The notes: generated from the letters alone by a model not told the origin. Counted from the stretch's first letter, positions 1 to 14,696 are shown. The stretch: DNA of 64,000 bases from Octopus vulgaris (GCA_951406725.2 OX597824.1:52762001-52826000), one strand, 5' to 3'. Numbers and translations are program-made.

Positions 1-806
1 AGTGATAATTAATAGAGTATCAATACAATTTGACATAGTTATAATATAAAGATGGACAAAAATAATGTTACACAGTATATGGTTTTAGGTAGCACAGCAG
101 AATATAAGGTATAATGAACAAAGGTAAACTGGCATGTGTGCGTGTGTGCATGTGTGTGAATGTGCATGTGAGTATGTATGTGTAAGTGTACACGTGAATG
201 TGCATATGTTTGTGTGTGTGTATTTTTATGTGCTTGCCCTCCAACTACATAGCACATAATTATCTGACACTAAGACACAACTCAACCCTCATGACCCACA
301 AACACTACACGGTTGCAACCTGACGGCACTAAAACACTTAAAACACATAACACAATCCACACAGTGAGGAATTCTATGAGCTAATTTAATAGGGCAAACT
401 CCCAAACGAAGTCACCATTGAAATAAAGGAGGGTTATATATTGGTGGCTTTTGATTTTAATTTGTTAATTTGAGGGTCAGAAGAAACAAAATATATTTAG
501 ATATACATGTATATGTATACAAGTTTCTATGCATGTGTACATGTGGTTTTATGTGTATAGGTATGACTATGCAGTGAATAAATTCCCTTCACAATCATGT
601 GGTTCCAGGTTCAAATTATATAGTGTAGCACATTGGGTGTTGATCAATATTTTATGAGTGAAATTTGCTGGATAGAAACCTTAGACACCAAATGTGTGTG
701 TGTAAAGACATATATATATACATAATATAAGTACATGTATATAAGTATGCATCTACAGACATGTATATATATGTATATATACATACATATATATATATAT
801 ATATAT

Positions 807-923
807 ATCACGTGATCACGTGACCGACCAGGGTATCAGATGTTGCTACACATTGCTGGCCACAATGCGCTTCGCATTGTTTTAGCTTTCGAATGATGCC
901 ACCCCACTGGCTAAGCGAGCAGG

Positions 924-927
<4 letters not shown>
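807..927 (-). mobile_element. 5'-truncated copy of tRNA-derived SINE family A (tail ...ctggtcggtcacgtgatcacgtgat) in (TA)n
   Basis: Near-identical to the start of 11127-11405 and to the reverse complement of the 3' part of 13616-13926; flanked by TA repeats. Confidence 0.85.
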
Positions 928-994
<67 letters not shown>

Positions 995-1249
995 TTATAT
1001 GTATATGTATGTATGTATGTATGCATGCAGTCTTGATGCAGAGATATATTATTAAATAAGGAAGAGAAGTGTTGCATTTGGAATGCTCGAAAAGTGAGTA
1101 TGAGCAGATAGAGGTATTTCCCTGCAGACAAAAATCAGTGTCTATAAAATGTGTGTCTTGACTGAACTTCTTTATTCAAGAGAGAGACATAAACCACTTG
1201 CAGGTGTCATATGAAAATATTTCTTTATTATTTTTTTATTTCTTTATTA

Positions 1250-1850
1250 GCGTCATATGAAAATACTGGAGAGATTTCATCAAAAGTGCCTGAGACGTAT
1301 CTTGGGAGTCAAGTGGGAATGTTTCATACCAGATACAGAAGTTTTGTGCATCGCACATTGTAGCTCAGTTGAACAACATGTTACCTTGGCTCAAATGAGA
1401 ATAGCTGGACATGTTATTAGAATGAAAGATGAGCAATTGTCAAAGCTCAATTAAACCGAGGAAAAGGTATAAAGACTATGTGAAGGAAAACTTGAAGAAA
1501 TTAGATATGAACAAAAGTGATTGGGAAATCTTGTTATCTTGTTGCTCACCCCAGAGTGACATTCAGCAGCTAATGGACTCTGTCTCAATTGTTATACAGT
1601 ACATTGGGTCTAACAATTGGTCTGAAAAAGACAGTCATACCGCACCAACCTGCATGTGTTTGGATGAAAATTGCTGGTTGTGGATAGATTCATCAATTTA
1701 GGCAGTACTGTGAATATGAGAAATTCTCTTTGTAGTGAAATATTATTCTGAACTAAGAAAGCCATTGACGCATTTGGAAAATTGGATAGATGTTTATTGT
1801 CCCAGCATGGAAGTTCAGTTGAAGAAAAGTGAAAGGTCTACAATACTTGT
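1250..1850 (+). mobile_element. Decayed RTE-clade LINE, two RT/C-terminal fragments in swapped order
   Basis: 1250-1530 gives RHMKILERFHQKCLRRILGVKW...AGHVIRM...KRYKDYVKENLK; 1532-1850 gives CYLVAH.QSDIQQLMD...GLTIGLKKT...AFGKL...KVYNTCV, which lies upstream in RTE ORFs. Confidence 0.75.
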
Positions 1851-2315
1851 GGATAAGATATGAAATGGTTTTAATAATAAGTGTTTTGGACACTCACTGA
1901 AAGATTAATAAAATGAATAATTCATTTAGAACTATATTGATTAACTAAAACTAGAGTTAAAGAATGCACCAACCCCAAAAGTATAAGCAATGAATATCTG
2001 TGACAATAAACTTGAAGTACAAATTAAAAGTTAGATGCAAAATTAACAAAACTTGCAGAAATTTTACAGCTGATCCTATAAAACATAATAATCTGATGTT
2101 AATTGGTTATTTTAAAAAATAAATTAGAAAAGAGAGTTCAAGTACAAAATAAATAAAAGCAAACAAAGGCCCAAAAAAGTATAAAATATAGGAAACTCTA
2201 CTATATAGAAGAATAAAATAAATCTCTATTCTGTGTTATAAAGACACAGCATGGTTTCAAGAAATAGGAATCTCAGTAGTCGTCACAATTTACTAAAATT
2301 GTAAAAAAATCAATC

Positions 2316-2792
2316 TATGTCAGTAAGGGCATCCCAGTTTTAATTCTCTGTAGAAACTGCTTCACTTGGATTGCTAACAAGCTTTGATATGACAATTACC
2401 TATTTCCTTATTTCTATGTGAAACTTCCCAAATATTGAAGGAACTATTACATCAAAATCATTGGTATTCATATAGTCTTCAATGGGCCAAAATATTTTCA
2501 ATTCAGTTTTTTATTTCTTGTTATTTCTCTATGTTGAATTAATTTTCCTTGTAATACAAGGAAAATTAATTCAACATAGAGAAATAACAAGAAATAAAAA
2601 ACTGAATTGAAAATATTTTGGCCCATTGAAGACTATATGAATACCAATGATTTTGATGTAATAGTTCCTTCAATATTTGGGAAGTTTCACATAGAAATAA
2701 GGAAATAGGTAATTGTCATATCAAAGATTGTTAGCAATCCAAGTGAAGCAGTTTCTACAGAGAATTAAAACTGGGATGCCCTTACTGACATA
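2316..2792. repeat. 477-bp near-perfect palindrome (238-bp arms, 1-nt spacer at 2554)
   Basis: 2316-2553 is the reverse complement of 2555-2792; I saw one mismatch (aagcttt vs aaagatt). Confidence 0.95.
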
Positions 2793-2799
2793 CAATAAG

Positions 2800-3560
2800 A
2801 TTATTAGGAGTTTAGAAGTGGTTGTATAGGTAACAGAAAAGGCAAGAGTGTCATGAGAGGGTTGAGATAATAGTTATAGAAATTATAGTATATGGGAATA
2901 AGGAAGCAGCACAGGGAATGGTGATCACAGAATTAAGATAGTGAAGTTAGTATAGCCAATGTAATCAGAGCAATAAAGAAAGCTGGTAAAGCATCTAAAT
3001 CGTATCCTCATAATATCATCCATTACGTGATGTTCTATTCTAGTTCATCATTCAGTATGTGAACTGTAAACCAGCTAAAGATATTACTGATTAATATAGC
3101 AGTGTCATACATGACTGATTGTTTCATTCTTTAGAATCTTACTCTACCGTTAGATAACAGACCAACCAAGTATAAGTATCTCAAATAAAAGATTTCTTTC
3201 AGACAAGACAAAGAGAAACAAATATTTATCCCTTGAGGAAAATTAAACACAAAGAGTGTAAGGTGCAGAAAAAAGTGAGCTACATTAGTAAAATCAATTG
3301 AGGGTGTGATGCAAGATGTTTGACAAAGTACCCCAAGTTAGTGATAAAATGTGTCTTTGGTACAATTAGGAAATAGAAAATGGAAGTGGTGAGATGAAAT
3401 GAGTTTAATGAGACAAATTGGAATTTCATAAAGGTGATGCTTTAGTAAGATGTTAGATGGAAGATCTATCCAACCCATATTTGTGTGAAAGAATAGAAGT
3501 TAAAACAATAAGCTCAAGATGTTAGCCACCAAAATTAGATATGATAGTTTCTTGTTTATC
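2800..3560 (+). mobile_element. Very degenerate RTE-like RT relic
   Basis: Scattered motifs such as VIRAIKKAGKA and KMFDKVP, with many stops and frameshifts. Confidence 0.3.
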
Positions 3561-3651
3561 AACAATATTATAATTGATGTACCAATGTACAAATAACCTG
3601 ATATTCAGTATTAACTAGTCTATTGAATTAAGCATTATTTCTGAATTAAGT

Positions 3652-3690
3652 GTATTATCATTATCATTATCATTATCGTTATTATTATTA

Positions 3691-3751
<61 letters not shown>
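3652..3751. repeat. (TAT/TAA)n microsatellite forming the 3' tail or target of the adjacent R4/Dong LINE
   Basis: Direct read. Confidence 0.95.
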
Positions 3752-5649
<1,898 letters not shown>

Positions 5650-5676
5650 ATTATTATTATTATTATTATTATTATT

Positions 5677-6224
5677 GAGTGAGAGAACAGTGCATGCCAT
5701 CAAAGTGACACTGGGGTAAAATATACAAAGCCCAGTATACCCATCATGACTACCAGTCTGATAAGGGTACACGAGGCACGTGCATCACAACAATATTTGC
5801 ACGACATGCTGATCTCATATGAAGATAAACAGCACATGACCTTGCAGGTGGGGCCCACTTAGAATTTTCTTCAGGTCGAGTAACCCATCCTGCTCAAAAG
5901 CTCCCTGAATAAGGGTTGGTGAAAGATGTTGAACGAAACACCCATGTTTCCAGAGGGGAATTATTCAAACTCCAAAGAATCCCTCTCAACACATGGCTAC
6001 GATGCTTCCCCTACTACTTCTACTCGTGATCAAAGATGCACATATCGTCAGCCACTAAGGGACATGCTCAACTGGTTAAGGTCAAACAACTGACAAGCAA
6101 ATCTGTGGTACTGAGCAGAATATTTGCTGTAGCCCATCTTTTATACCATCTTTTACACATGATAACACTTCCAATCAGTTTAGATCAGAAGCCATGAGAG
6201 CCACTGCCTCGTACAGCATCAGGG

Positions 6225-6225
<1 letters not shown>
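5677..6225. mobile_element. Unclassified ~550-bp non-coding repeat bounded by (ATT)n on both sides
   Basis: Sharp, GC-richer block between two ATT arrays; no recognisable ORF. Confidence 0.55.
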
Positions 6226-6263
<38 letters not shown>

Positions 6264-6356
6264 GTTGGCAATGTAACAGAATTGTTAGCACCCTAGATAA
6301 AATGCTTAGAAGCATTTCATGCATCTTTATGTTCTGAGTTTAAATTCCACAATCAT

Positions 6357-6737
6357 CTTTATTCTTTTATTCTTTTACTTGTTTCAGTTATTTATCTGTG
6401 TGCATGCTGGAGTATGACCTTTAATCAAACAAATCGACCCCAGGACTTATTCTTTGTAAGCCTAGTACTTATTCTAGTACTTTTGCCGAACCCCTAAGTT
6501 ATGGGGATGTAAACACACCAACATCAGTTGTCAAGCGATGGTGTGGGCAAAATATATATATATATAGGCGCAGGAGTGGCTGTTTGGTAAGTAGCTTGCT
6601 AACCAACCACATGGTTCCGGGTTCAGTCCCACTGCGTGGCATCTTGGGCACGTGTCTTCTGCTATAGCCCCGGGCTGACCAATGCCTTGTGAGTGGATTT
6701 GGTAGACGGAAACTGAAAGAAGCCTGTCGTATATATG

Positions 6738-6768
<31 letters not shown>

Positions 6769-7155
6769 ATGTGTTTGTCCCCCTAGCATTGCTTGACAAC
6801 CGATGCTGGTGTGTTTACGTCCCCATCACTTAGCGGTTCGGCAAAAGAGACCGATAGAATAAGTACTGGGCTTACAAAGAATAAGTCCCAGGGTCGATTT
6901 GCTCGACTAAAGGCGGTGCTCCAGTATGGCCGCAGTCAAATGACTGAAACAAGTAAAAAGAGTAAAAAAAGAGTAAAAAGAATATATATATATATATATA
7001 TCTTTCAATTTCCATTTCACAAATCCACTCACAAGGCTTTGGTCAGGCTGAGGCTATAGTAGAAGACACTTGCCCAAGGTGCCATTCAGTGGGACTGAAC
7101 CTGGAACCATGTGGTTGGGAAGCAAGCTTCTTACCACACAGCCACTCCTGTGCCT
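6357..7155 (-). mobile_element. tRNA-derived SINE family B (head 7003-7155, tail 6357-6550), interrupted at its internal TA tract
   Basis: Reverse-complement match to 6567-6980. Confidence 0.8.
6567..6980 (+). mobile_element. tRNA-derived SINE family B, full length
   Basis: Head ggcgcaggagtggctgtttggtaag...ggttcagtccc with A/B-box-like motifs, internal TA/TG tract, tail ggcggtgctccagtatggccgcagtcaaatgactgaaacaagtaaaaag. Confidence 0.85.
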
Positions 7156-7261
7156 CCTTGCCTATCATGCTTTTGAGTTCAATGAAAGTATCAGTTGCAC
7201 ATTGGGCTCAATGTTAACAACTATCATCATCTCCTAAAATTACAAGCCTCTAGTACAAAGG

Positions 7262-7314
<53 letters not shown>

Positions 7315-7872
7315 TGTCACATGATGATCAAATCTGGTTAACAAACAAGTCCATCATGAAGACTGCCTTGCCACCTTCCTTTGGTCAAGAAAGAAAGGCA
7401 GTTTTCTTCTATCTGGAGACTATGGCAAAGGAGGTAGTTTGGTGGATGAGATTAAAAGGACTGAAGACAGGTATTTTCCTCTTCGGCTAAGCTCTCATTG
7501 ACTTTCATTGAAAGTGAGGGTAGAGAGGGAAATTCTGCATCCCAGTAAATTTGTTGAAAGTTGGGTGCATGTGGGGAGGATAGCCTGTATGAATGGGCCT
7601 ATTCTGAACTTTTGTTTATAATCTGGAGGGATTGAGAAGGAGAGGTGCATGCTGATGTGCATCTAGTGTCAGGATAACTAGAATGTGTGGGGTTTCTCAG
7701 CTGTGCCTGTGAGGATCTTCCCCCTTTAGGGGAATTATTATCGTTTAATTGTTTTGTTAATTGTTTTTGTTACTTATTGTATGCAAGGCAGTGTTCAACA
7801 CCCCACTTGTCCCTTGTATTGCATTGTCCCTATTTATTTTGTGTTCAGCCCTTATGGCCAATAAAAGAAATG
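7315..7872 (+). mobile_element. 3' end of a Tx1/L1-like LINE
   Basis: Degenerate ORF2 C-terminus (AKEVVWWMRL...KVRVEREIL...FVESWVHV), then a 3' UTR ending aataaaagaaatg(att)n. Confidence 0.55.
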
Positions 7873-7889
7873 ATTATTATTATTATTAC

Positions 7890-8105
7890 TAAGACAGTGA
7901 ACTGGCAAAATCGTTAGCATGCTGGGTGAAATGCTTAGCAATATTTTGTCAGTCTTCACATTCTGAGTTCAAATTCCGCTGAAGTTGACTTTGTCTCTCA
8001 TCCTTTTGACGTCAATAAAATAAGTACTAGTTGAGTACTGGAGTCGATATAATCAACTATCCCTCTCCCACCAAATTTCATGCATTGTGCCTGTAGTAGA
8101 AAGGA
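7890..8105 (+). mobile_element. SINE family C (TTA-tailed)
   Basis: B-box-like gagttcaaattcc, central ctcatccttttgacgtcaataaaataagtactagtt, tail gtagaaagg(att)n. Confidence 0.75.
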
Positions 8106-8584
8106 TTATTATTACTATAAATATTAATGTCAATGCTAATTGTCATTGTCAGACCTCAGTTATAATACATATTTGAAATTGTATTTGTTTATGTTAATAT
8201 ATATACATAGCTCACTAATGCTAACATGATTGGTATGGTTACTCTTTTACACTTTTACTCTTTTACTCGTTTCAGTCATTTGACTGCGGCCATGCTGGAG
8301 CACCGCCTCTTTTTTTAGTCGAGCAACTTACCACACAGCCACTCCTACGGGTTAAAATATTTCTAAAAATATTGTTGATGTGAAAGCAAATTAGCCATCT
8401 GTCTGTGAAGCAAGTGATATTTGGTAAGTCTTGAATATGCATTGATAATGGTTTTGTCAATTACATTTCCTCCGAAATAGTGAAGTGGTACTCATTAATT
8501 GAAAAATGGTTCACGCTCCCTCAATAATAACTTCTATCGCACTATTTACCTTTCAAATACACTCACACACACACACACATATAT

Positions 8585-8830
8585 ATGAGTTCAGCAAAAA
8601 TTTAGATTCAGATGAATATGGTACTTAAGTTGAGGCACCAGAATTTAGTACGGTATTTTCCATACAATTTCAAAATATGGTGATTAAAGTTAAAATAAGG
8701 AACAAGTATATGCAGAGGTAATGCAGTACGATTGTTTCATGCAACTCCTGTACCCATATATGCATATATACATATGTAAGTATGTACATATATATGTATG
8801 TACATATATGTATATATGCATATATATATA

Positions 8831-8871
<41 letters not shown>

Positions 8872-9070
8872 TCATCATCATATATATATATGTGTATATA
8901 TATATAATCAAAATAAGCAACAAGGATATCCAGAGGTAATGCAGTATGATCGTTTCATGCAACTCTAGATTACTATCAATGAAATATTGATGCATATGAT
9001 CAATAGGTACCACTAGGTATTTGTTTAACTTCTCTTGAAGTGGGGATAATTTTTATTACTCAAGAATTTA
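8585..9070 (-). mobile_element. Two tandem remnants of a PLE-type terminal repeat with a decayed HHR
   Basis: cagaggtaatgcagta(c/t)gat(t/c)gtttcatgcaactc occurs at about 8712 and 8930; the minus strand has GAAAC-gatc but a broken CUGANGA. Confidence 0.45.
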
Positions 9071-9867
9071 TTTTCCCTCTCCACCTCTCTCTATATATAT
9101 GTCTGTATGTGTATAAGTGTGTGAATAGTAAAAGCATACAAAAAAGCTGTTCAAAGCAACTAAGAGAGAGAATGAAAGACATTGCAAGCAAACAAACACA
9201 AGGCACTTATATAATTACACATGAACAAATATGATATATATATATATGCAAGTGATAAGTGTGAGAATGGAAGCATGTAATTCTTTTTAGGTTAATGGCT
9301 TTAAGTAGGCTAGCATGGTAATCTGCTTCATTTCTGTAACCTAAATACAATGAGCTAAAGATTAAGTTTCTAGGCTGATATACATAAATCAAAGTAATAA
9401 CTTCCAAGTGAACAGTTCCAAATATCTGGTGCAATGCATACTTCCCATTATATTTGAACATGTGCACATGCATACAAACAAACTTGCATCAAAATACTCA
9501 CTAATATTTGTGTGAGTGAGAGAGCGTATGTGTGTGTGTGTTTGAGTGCGTATACATGTTTTGTTTTTTGTTTGCACCCTTGAGTGTCACTTTCCAAATA
9601 CATTTATACCACATAATCTAACCCCAACATCCCAATAAACACTCACACATATATATATATTTATATATCTATGTGTGTGTCTTTGTGCCTGCATTTGTCC
9701 CCAGTACCTTGTGACAAACATCGCTAGTGTGTTTACATTGGCGTTACTTAGCAGTCTGGCAAAAGAGACGAGGCAAAAAAAAAAAAGGTGGTGCCACAGC
9801 ATGGCCGAAGTCTAATAACTGAAGCAAGTAAAAAAAAAGATGAAATATGTAGTATAATGTGTGTGTA

Positions 9868-9969
<102 letters not shown>

Positions 9970-9992
9970 TACCTATTTATCTATCTATCTCC

Positions 9993-10023
<31 letters not shown>

Positions 10024-10113
10024 ACTGTATACGTACATATATAAATATACATATACATACATATATATATATATTCTCACCTATGTTAGCATGGATGATG
10101 ATGATATATATCA

Positions 10114-10190
<77 letters not shown>

Positions 10191-10497
10191 CCAAAACTCA
10201 TTTGCATTTAATACACTGCTATCTAGCCTTCTCTATTTTCCTCTCCTTGTCTTCCTTCTTCTCATTCACACAGCTAATTCAATTTTTCAAATTCTCACTT
10301 GCCTCCTCAATCTCTCTTGCCTCAACTTCAACATTCATGCATGATACACTTGAAATCTCCAAGCTCAATTATCAGAACTGGGACCGACTTCCAGAAGAGC
10401 ATAAATGCATGCTCTTGCATCTCTCTGTCTCTCTCTCTCTCCCCTTTCTCTCTCTCTCTCTCCCCTTTCTCTCTCTCTCTCCCCTTTCTCTCTCTCC

Positions 10498-10541
<44 letters not shown>

Positions 10542-10948
10542 TCTATCTTTCACACTCACACACACACGTGTGTATTTTTGTTTTGCTTTCACATGTGCAA
10601 CATTGTAGAAATGTGTTATTTTTTAGCATATACATAACTTTTTAAAAGTCTTTATGTATTTATGCATATATGACTGTGTGAGTGTGATGTATGAGTATAT
10701 TAGACACACAAGCACATATACTCACACACACATACATACATATATGTATACACATACATCTACATACATGTACATATGTGTAATATGTGTGTATTTGTAC
10801 AAAGGCACATACAGGAGTGGTGATGTGAAACACTCCAGACTGAGGAAATCAAAAAGACCATGAATGTGTACCAGTATGACAGCAGCCACATGGCAGAAAT
10901 GAGTAGAAGAATATATATATATATATATAGAAGAATATATATGTAGAA

Positions 10949-10997
<49 letters not shown>

Positions 10998-11032
10998 TAT
11001 ATATATATACACATATATATATCTATATGCAT

Positions 11033-11092
<60 letters not shown>

Positions 11093-11126
11093 ATACATAT
11101 ATACATACAAATATATATATATATAT

Positions 11127-11405
11127 ATCACGTGATCACGTGACCGACCAGGCTATCAGATGTTGTTACACATCGCTGGTCACAATGCGCTTCGCATGTT
11201 TTAGCCTTCAGATGACGCCACCCGCTGGCTAAGCGAGCAGGCCAACAGAAGAAAGAGTGAGAGAAAGTTGTGGCGAAAGAGAACAGCAGGGATCGCCACC
11301 CCCACTGCTGGAGCCTCGTGGAGCTTTAGGTGTTTTCGCTCAATAAACACTCACAACGCCCGGTCTGGAAATCGAAACCGCAATCCACTGGGCCATTGCG
11401 CCACC
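11127..11405 (-). mobile_element. SINE family A with a small deletion in the tRNA head
   Basis: Reverse complement of 13616-13926. Confidence 0.85.
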
Positions 11406-11420
11406 ACACATACACATAAA

Positions 11421-11470
11421 TGGCGGTGCCCCAGCATGGCCACAGCTCATGAGCTGAAACTAGAATCAAT
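11421..11470 (+). mobile_element. Isolated CR1/SINE-B 3' tail (ggcggtgccccagcatggccacagctcatgagctgaaac)
   Basis: Same tail at 17891 and related to the CR1 end at 20581. Confidence 0.7.
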
Positions 11471-11499
11471 CAATCATATATTTATATATATATATATAC

Positions 11500-11578
<79 letters not shown>

Positions 11579-11620
11579 GAAAGAATGGAGTCGAACGAAG
11601 ATTTTAACAAAATTCCTATA

Positions 11621-11703
11621 CTCTCGACACATGTTTCGAAGACGGCATACTTTTAATTCCGAAGGAATAAAGGGTGCATTATGCCATCTTCTCATCAGGA
11701 AAG
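11621..11703 (-). ncRNA. Type I hammerhead ribozyme, intact
   Basis: ctttc-CTGATGA-gaagatggcata...tatgccgtcttc-GAAAC-atgt-GTC-gagag; 12-bp stem II, 5-bp stem I. Confidence 0.85.
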
Positions 11704-13220
11704 ATAAGGAGCCTCTTTCAGCCACAAGACGAACAAAAGTTTTTGATGATTGCCTACATGGTGACCACAGTGATAATGAGTGTTTTTTTTTAATAATCCG
11801 TTATAAGCAATGACGTCAAAAATGGGTAGAAGGAGGAAGTATTAAAATAGGTAGGGGACACTATGTATGCTGTATGTATGGGGATGTGCGGGTGTGTGCT
11901 TGTGTTAATGAGTGCGAGTTTTTGTGTATGTGTATGAGTGTGTGTATATAACTGCATTTGTGTCTGTGTGTGTGTATGTGTGATTGTGCGTGTGAGGGAG
12001 ACAAACGTCAAATATACTTACTAGTAAGGTGTAAAATTTGTGTCTGTGTGTTTGATTGTGTGTGTTATAGAGATATATATATATAAACATACGTCAAAGA
12101 TATTTAGTAGCAATGGAACATATAACGGAGCAGAAAGAAAGTTCGAAGGCATAGGAAAGAATTTGTCTATGGCAGTGGTGTTGACGGGAAGCTAATTGTT
12201 AAAACTTCAGTGGTTATCTATATCATTTATATGAGTGGAAAGTGTGTTTCTGCCAATGCTTACATTTATACGATTTTTCTATGAGTGTGTTTACTAGGGG
12301 AACCTTGGCGAAAAAGATATAGAAGAGTTCAGAATTACAAATGTTACAAAATTTTCTGCCCTTATCAAAAGGAAAGGATACAGACAATATAAACCAATCC
12401 AACTTGAAAGTTATATTATTGTCTTTAAGACGCCAAACTAATTTACTCAGTCCTGTACTACGTCGTTTTTTCTTATCTCAGAAAGTCGAATAATGATTGG
12501 AAATTCTCTTGGATAACTGAGAAGTTGTCGCACCTATATAGAAGAAGACATCGGTACCGGAAGAAATTCTACACTGGTAAATGGAATTCTTAATTTTGGA
12601 ATTACTGGACAAAAATTTTAATCTGTTAGGGTTTTCCTCCGAGATCAAGACGGAGTTTTTATTGTTATGATTGTTGTTTTTATTAATACTAGCGTTAACA
12701 ACTACACTATTTCTATTATTATGATTGTATGATGGGTTGGAATTGGTAAGATTAGTGCTGGAACTCCCGGGTGAAGAATTTTTGTTTAGCAGCTTGTTAT
12801 TATGGGAAGAAATAATTTGCGAAGGATTCCTAGTGTTAGAGAATGCATTTCTTACCTTATGTGAATTGATAATAGAATGATATCTAGAATTACTGGGAAA
12901 GTTCCTAGCAACGGCTTCACGGAACTGTAAGGGAAGGTTCGATTTGATTTGTTTTCCGAACGGTATTACAAACCAGATACAGTTTTTTGCGGACTTTGAA
13001 TTGTTCCTAGTGTTATTTGTGACGGTAAGGGGAAAATTTCTGTGTTGGAAATTTGGAGTTGGGTGGCGCTTACCTCCCCTAGTCCGTAAAGGATTTATTT
13101 TATGTACAGGTGTGCTGGCACTATTAGAATTGAAATCATTATTTTTATTATTATTATTACGAGTAGTTTTCCTATCTTGAGAAGCATATGTTGGTCTTGT
13201 GGCTGAAAGAGGCTCCTTAT

Positions 13221-13303
13221 CTTTCCTGATGAGAAGATGGCATAATGCACCCTTTATTCCTTCGGAATTAAAAGTATGTCGTCTTCGAAACATGTATCAA
13301 GAG
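13221..13303 (+). ncRNA. Type I hammerhead ribozyme, inverted copy with a mutated stem III/cleavage region
   Basis: CTGATGA at 13226 and GAAAC at 13287; GTCgagag has become ATCaagag. Confidence 0.7.
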
Positions 13304-13496
13304 TAAAGGAATTTTGTTAAAATCTTCGTTCGACTCCATTCTTTCATTTATTCATGTAAAAAACACACAAATTTCCACACAAGAACCCGGAGTTTCTACC
13401 CTTGACAGGTCGCTTCAACCATGTTTTCTGACGTGAATTTGCTACCCAGGTATCGGTTAAACGAATTTTCCATTCTAGGATAATTCATTCACCTAC

Positions 13497-13613
<117 letters not shown>

Positions 13614-13615
13614 GT

Positions 13616-13926
13616 GGAGGCGCAATGGCCCAGTGGTAAGAGTAGCGAACTCATGGTCGTAGGATCGTGGTTTCGATTCCCAGACCGGGCGTTGTGAGTG
13701 TTTATTGAGCGGAAACACCTAAAGCTCCACGAGTCTCCGGCAGGGGGTGCTGGCGATCCCTGCTGTACTCTTTCGCCACAAGTTTCTCTCACTCTTTCTT
13801 CTGTTGGCCTGCTCGCTTGGCCAGCGGGGTGGCGTCATTTGAAGGCTAAAACAATACGAAGCGCATTGTGACCAGCGATGTGTAGCAACATCAGATAGCC
13901 TGGTCGGTCACGGTGATCACGGTGAT
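13616..13926 (+). mobile_element. tRNA-derived SINE family A, full length
   Basis: Head ggaggcgcaatggcccagtggtaag...ggtttcgattccc (A/B boxes); tail ctggtcggtcacggtgatcacggtgat; TA-flanked. Confidence 0.9.
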
Positions 13927-14080
13927 ATATATACATACATAGGTATATATATATACATACGCACACATATATATATATATATACATATGTTGTTATTCAT
14001 ATGGAGGGCTATCTTTTGCCAATTAAACACATGCACTTTTTAGTTGATTTTTATTTTAGCCTTATTTTTTAGTTTATTTA

Positions 14081-14126
<46 letters not shown>

Positions 14127-14194
14127 CACATATTTGCACACACATATATATAAAGACATTTGTGTAAATTTTGGGCATATATATATATAATTAT

Positions 14195-14575
14195 ATTGGC
14201 ATATGGTAAGAAGTTTGCTTCCCAACCAGTTGATTCTGGTTTCAGTCACACTGTTTTGGCACCTTGGGCAAGTGTCTTTTACTTATATAGCCTAGGGAGA
14301 CCAAAGCAATATGAGTGGATTTGGTAAATTGAAACTGAAGAAAACCACCCCATATATGTGTGTGTGTGTCTGTGTGTGCGTCTTTGCACTTAACAACTGG
14401 TATTGGTTTGGTTACGTCCCTGTAACTTAGTGGTTTGGCAAAAGAGGCCAATAGAATAAGTACTAGGCTTTAAAAAGCAATTAAGTACTAGAATCAATAC
14501 ATACTCCAAAAATTCTTCAAGGTAGTGCCCAAGTATGGCCACAGTCTATTGAATGAAACAAGAAAAAATAAAAGA
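14195..14575 (+). mobile_element. SINE family B, diverged
   Basis: Collinear with 6567-6980. Confidence 0.75.
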
Positions 14576-14696
14576 TATATTACATACTATCATACATACA
14601 AACACACATGAATACATACATACATACATACATACATACATACATACATACATACATACATACATACATACATACATACATACATACATACATACA

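Larger units (their letters stand above)
6262..7262 (+). mobile_element. SINE family C (TTA-tailed, Meta-domain-like), split by two nested SINEs
   Basis: Head 6262-6350 and body/tail 7157-7262 align to the uninterrupted copy at 7890-8105. Confidence 0.65.

Noticed and set aside
8945-9008. HHR-like motif on the minus strand
   Set aside because: The core reads TTGATCA and the cleavage region is altered; kept only as a decayed relic
12478-13293. 271-aa ORF as a complete gene
   Set aside because: Its start lies in the inverted pLTR and a premature stop cuts the GIY-YIG domain; it is a chimeric PLE fragment
13616-13690. tRNA gene
   Set aside because: It is a tRNA-like SINE head continuous with the SINE body, and the cloverleaf is incomplete
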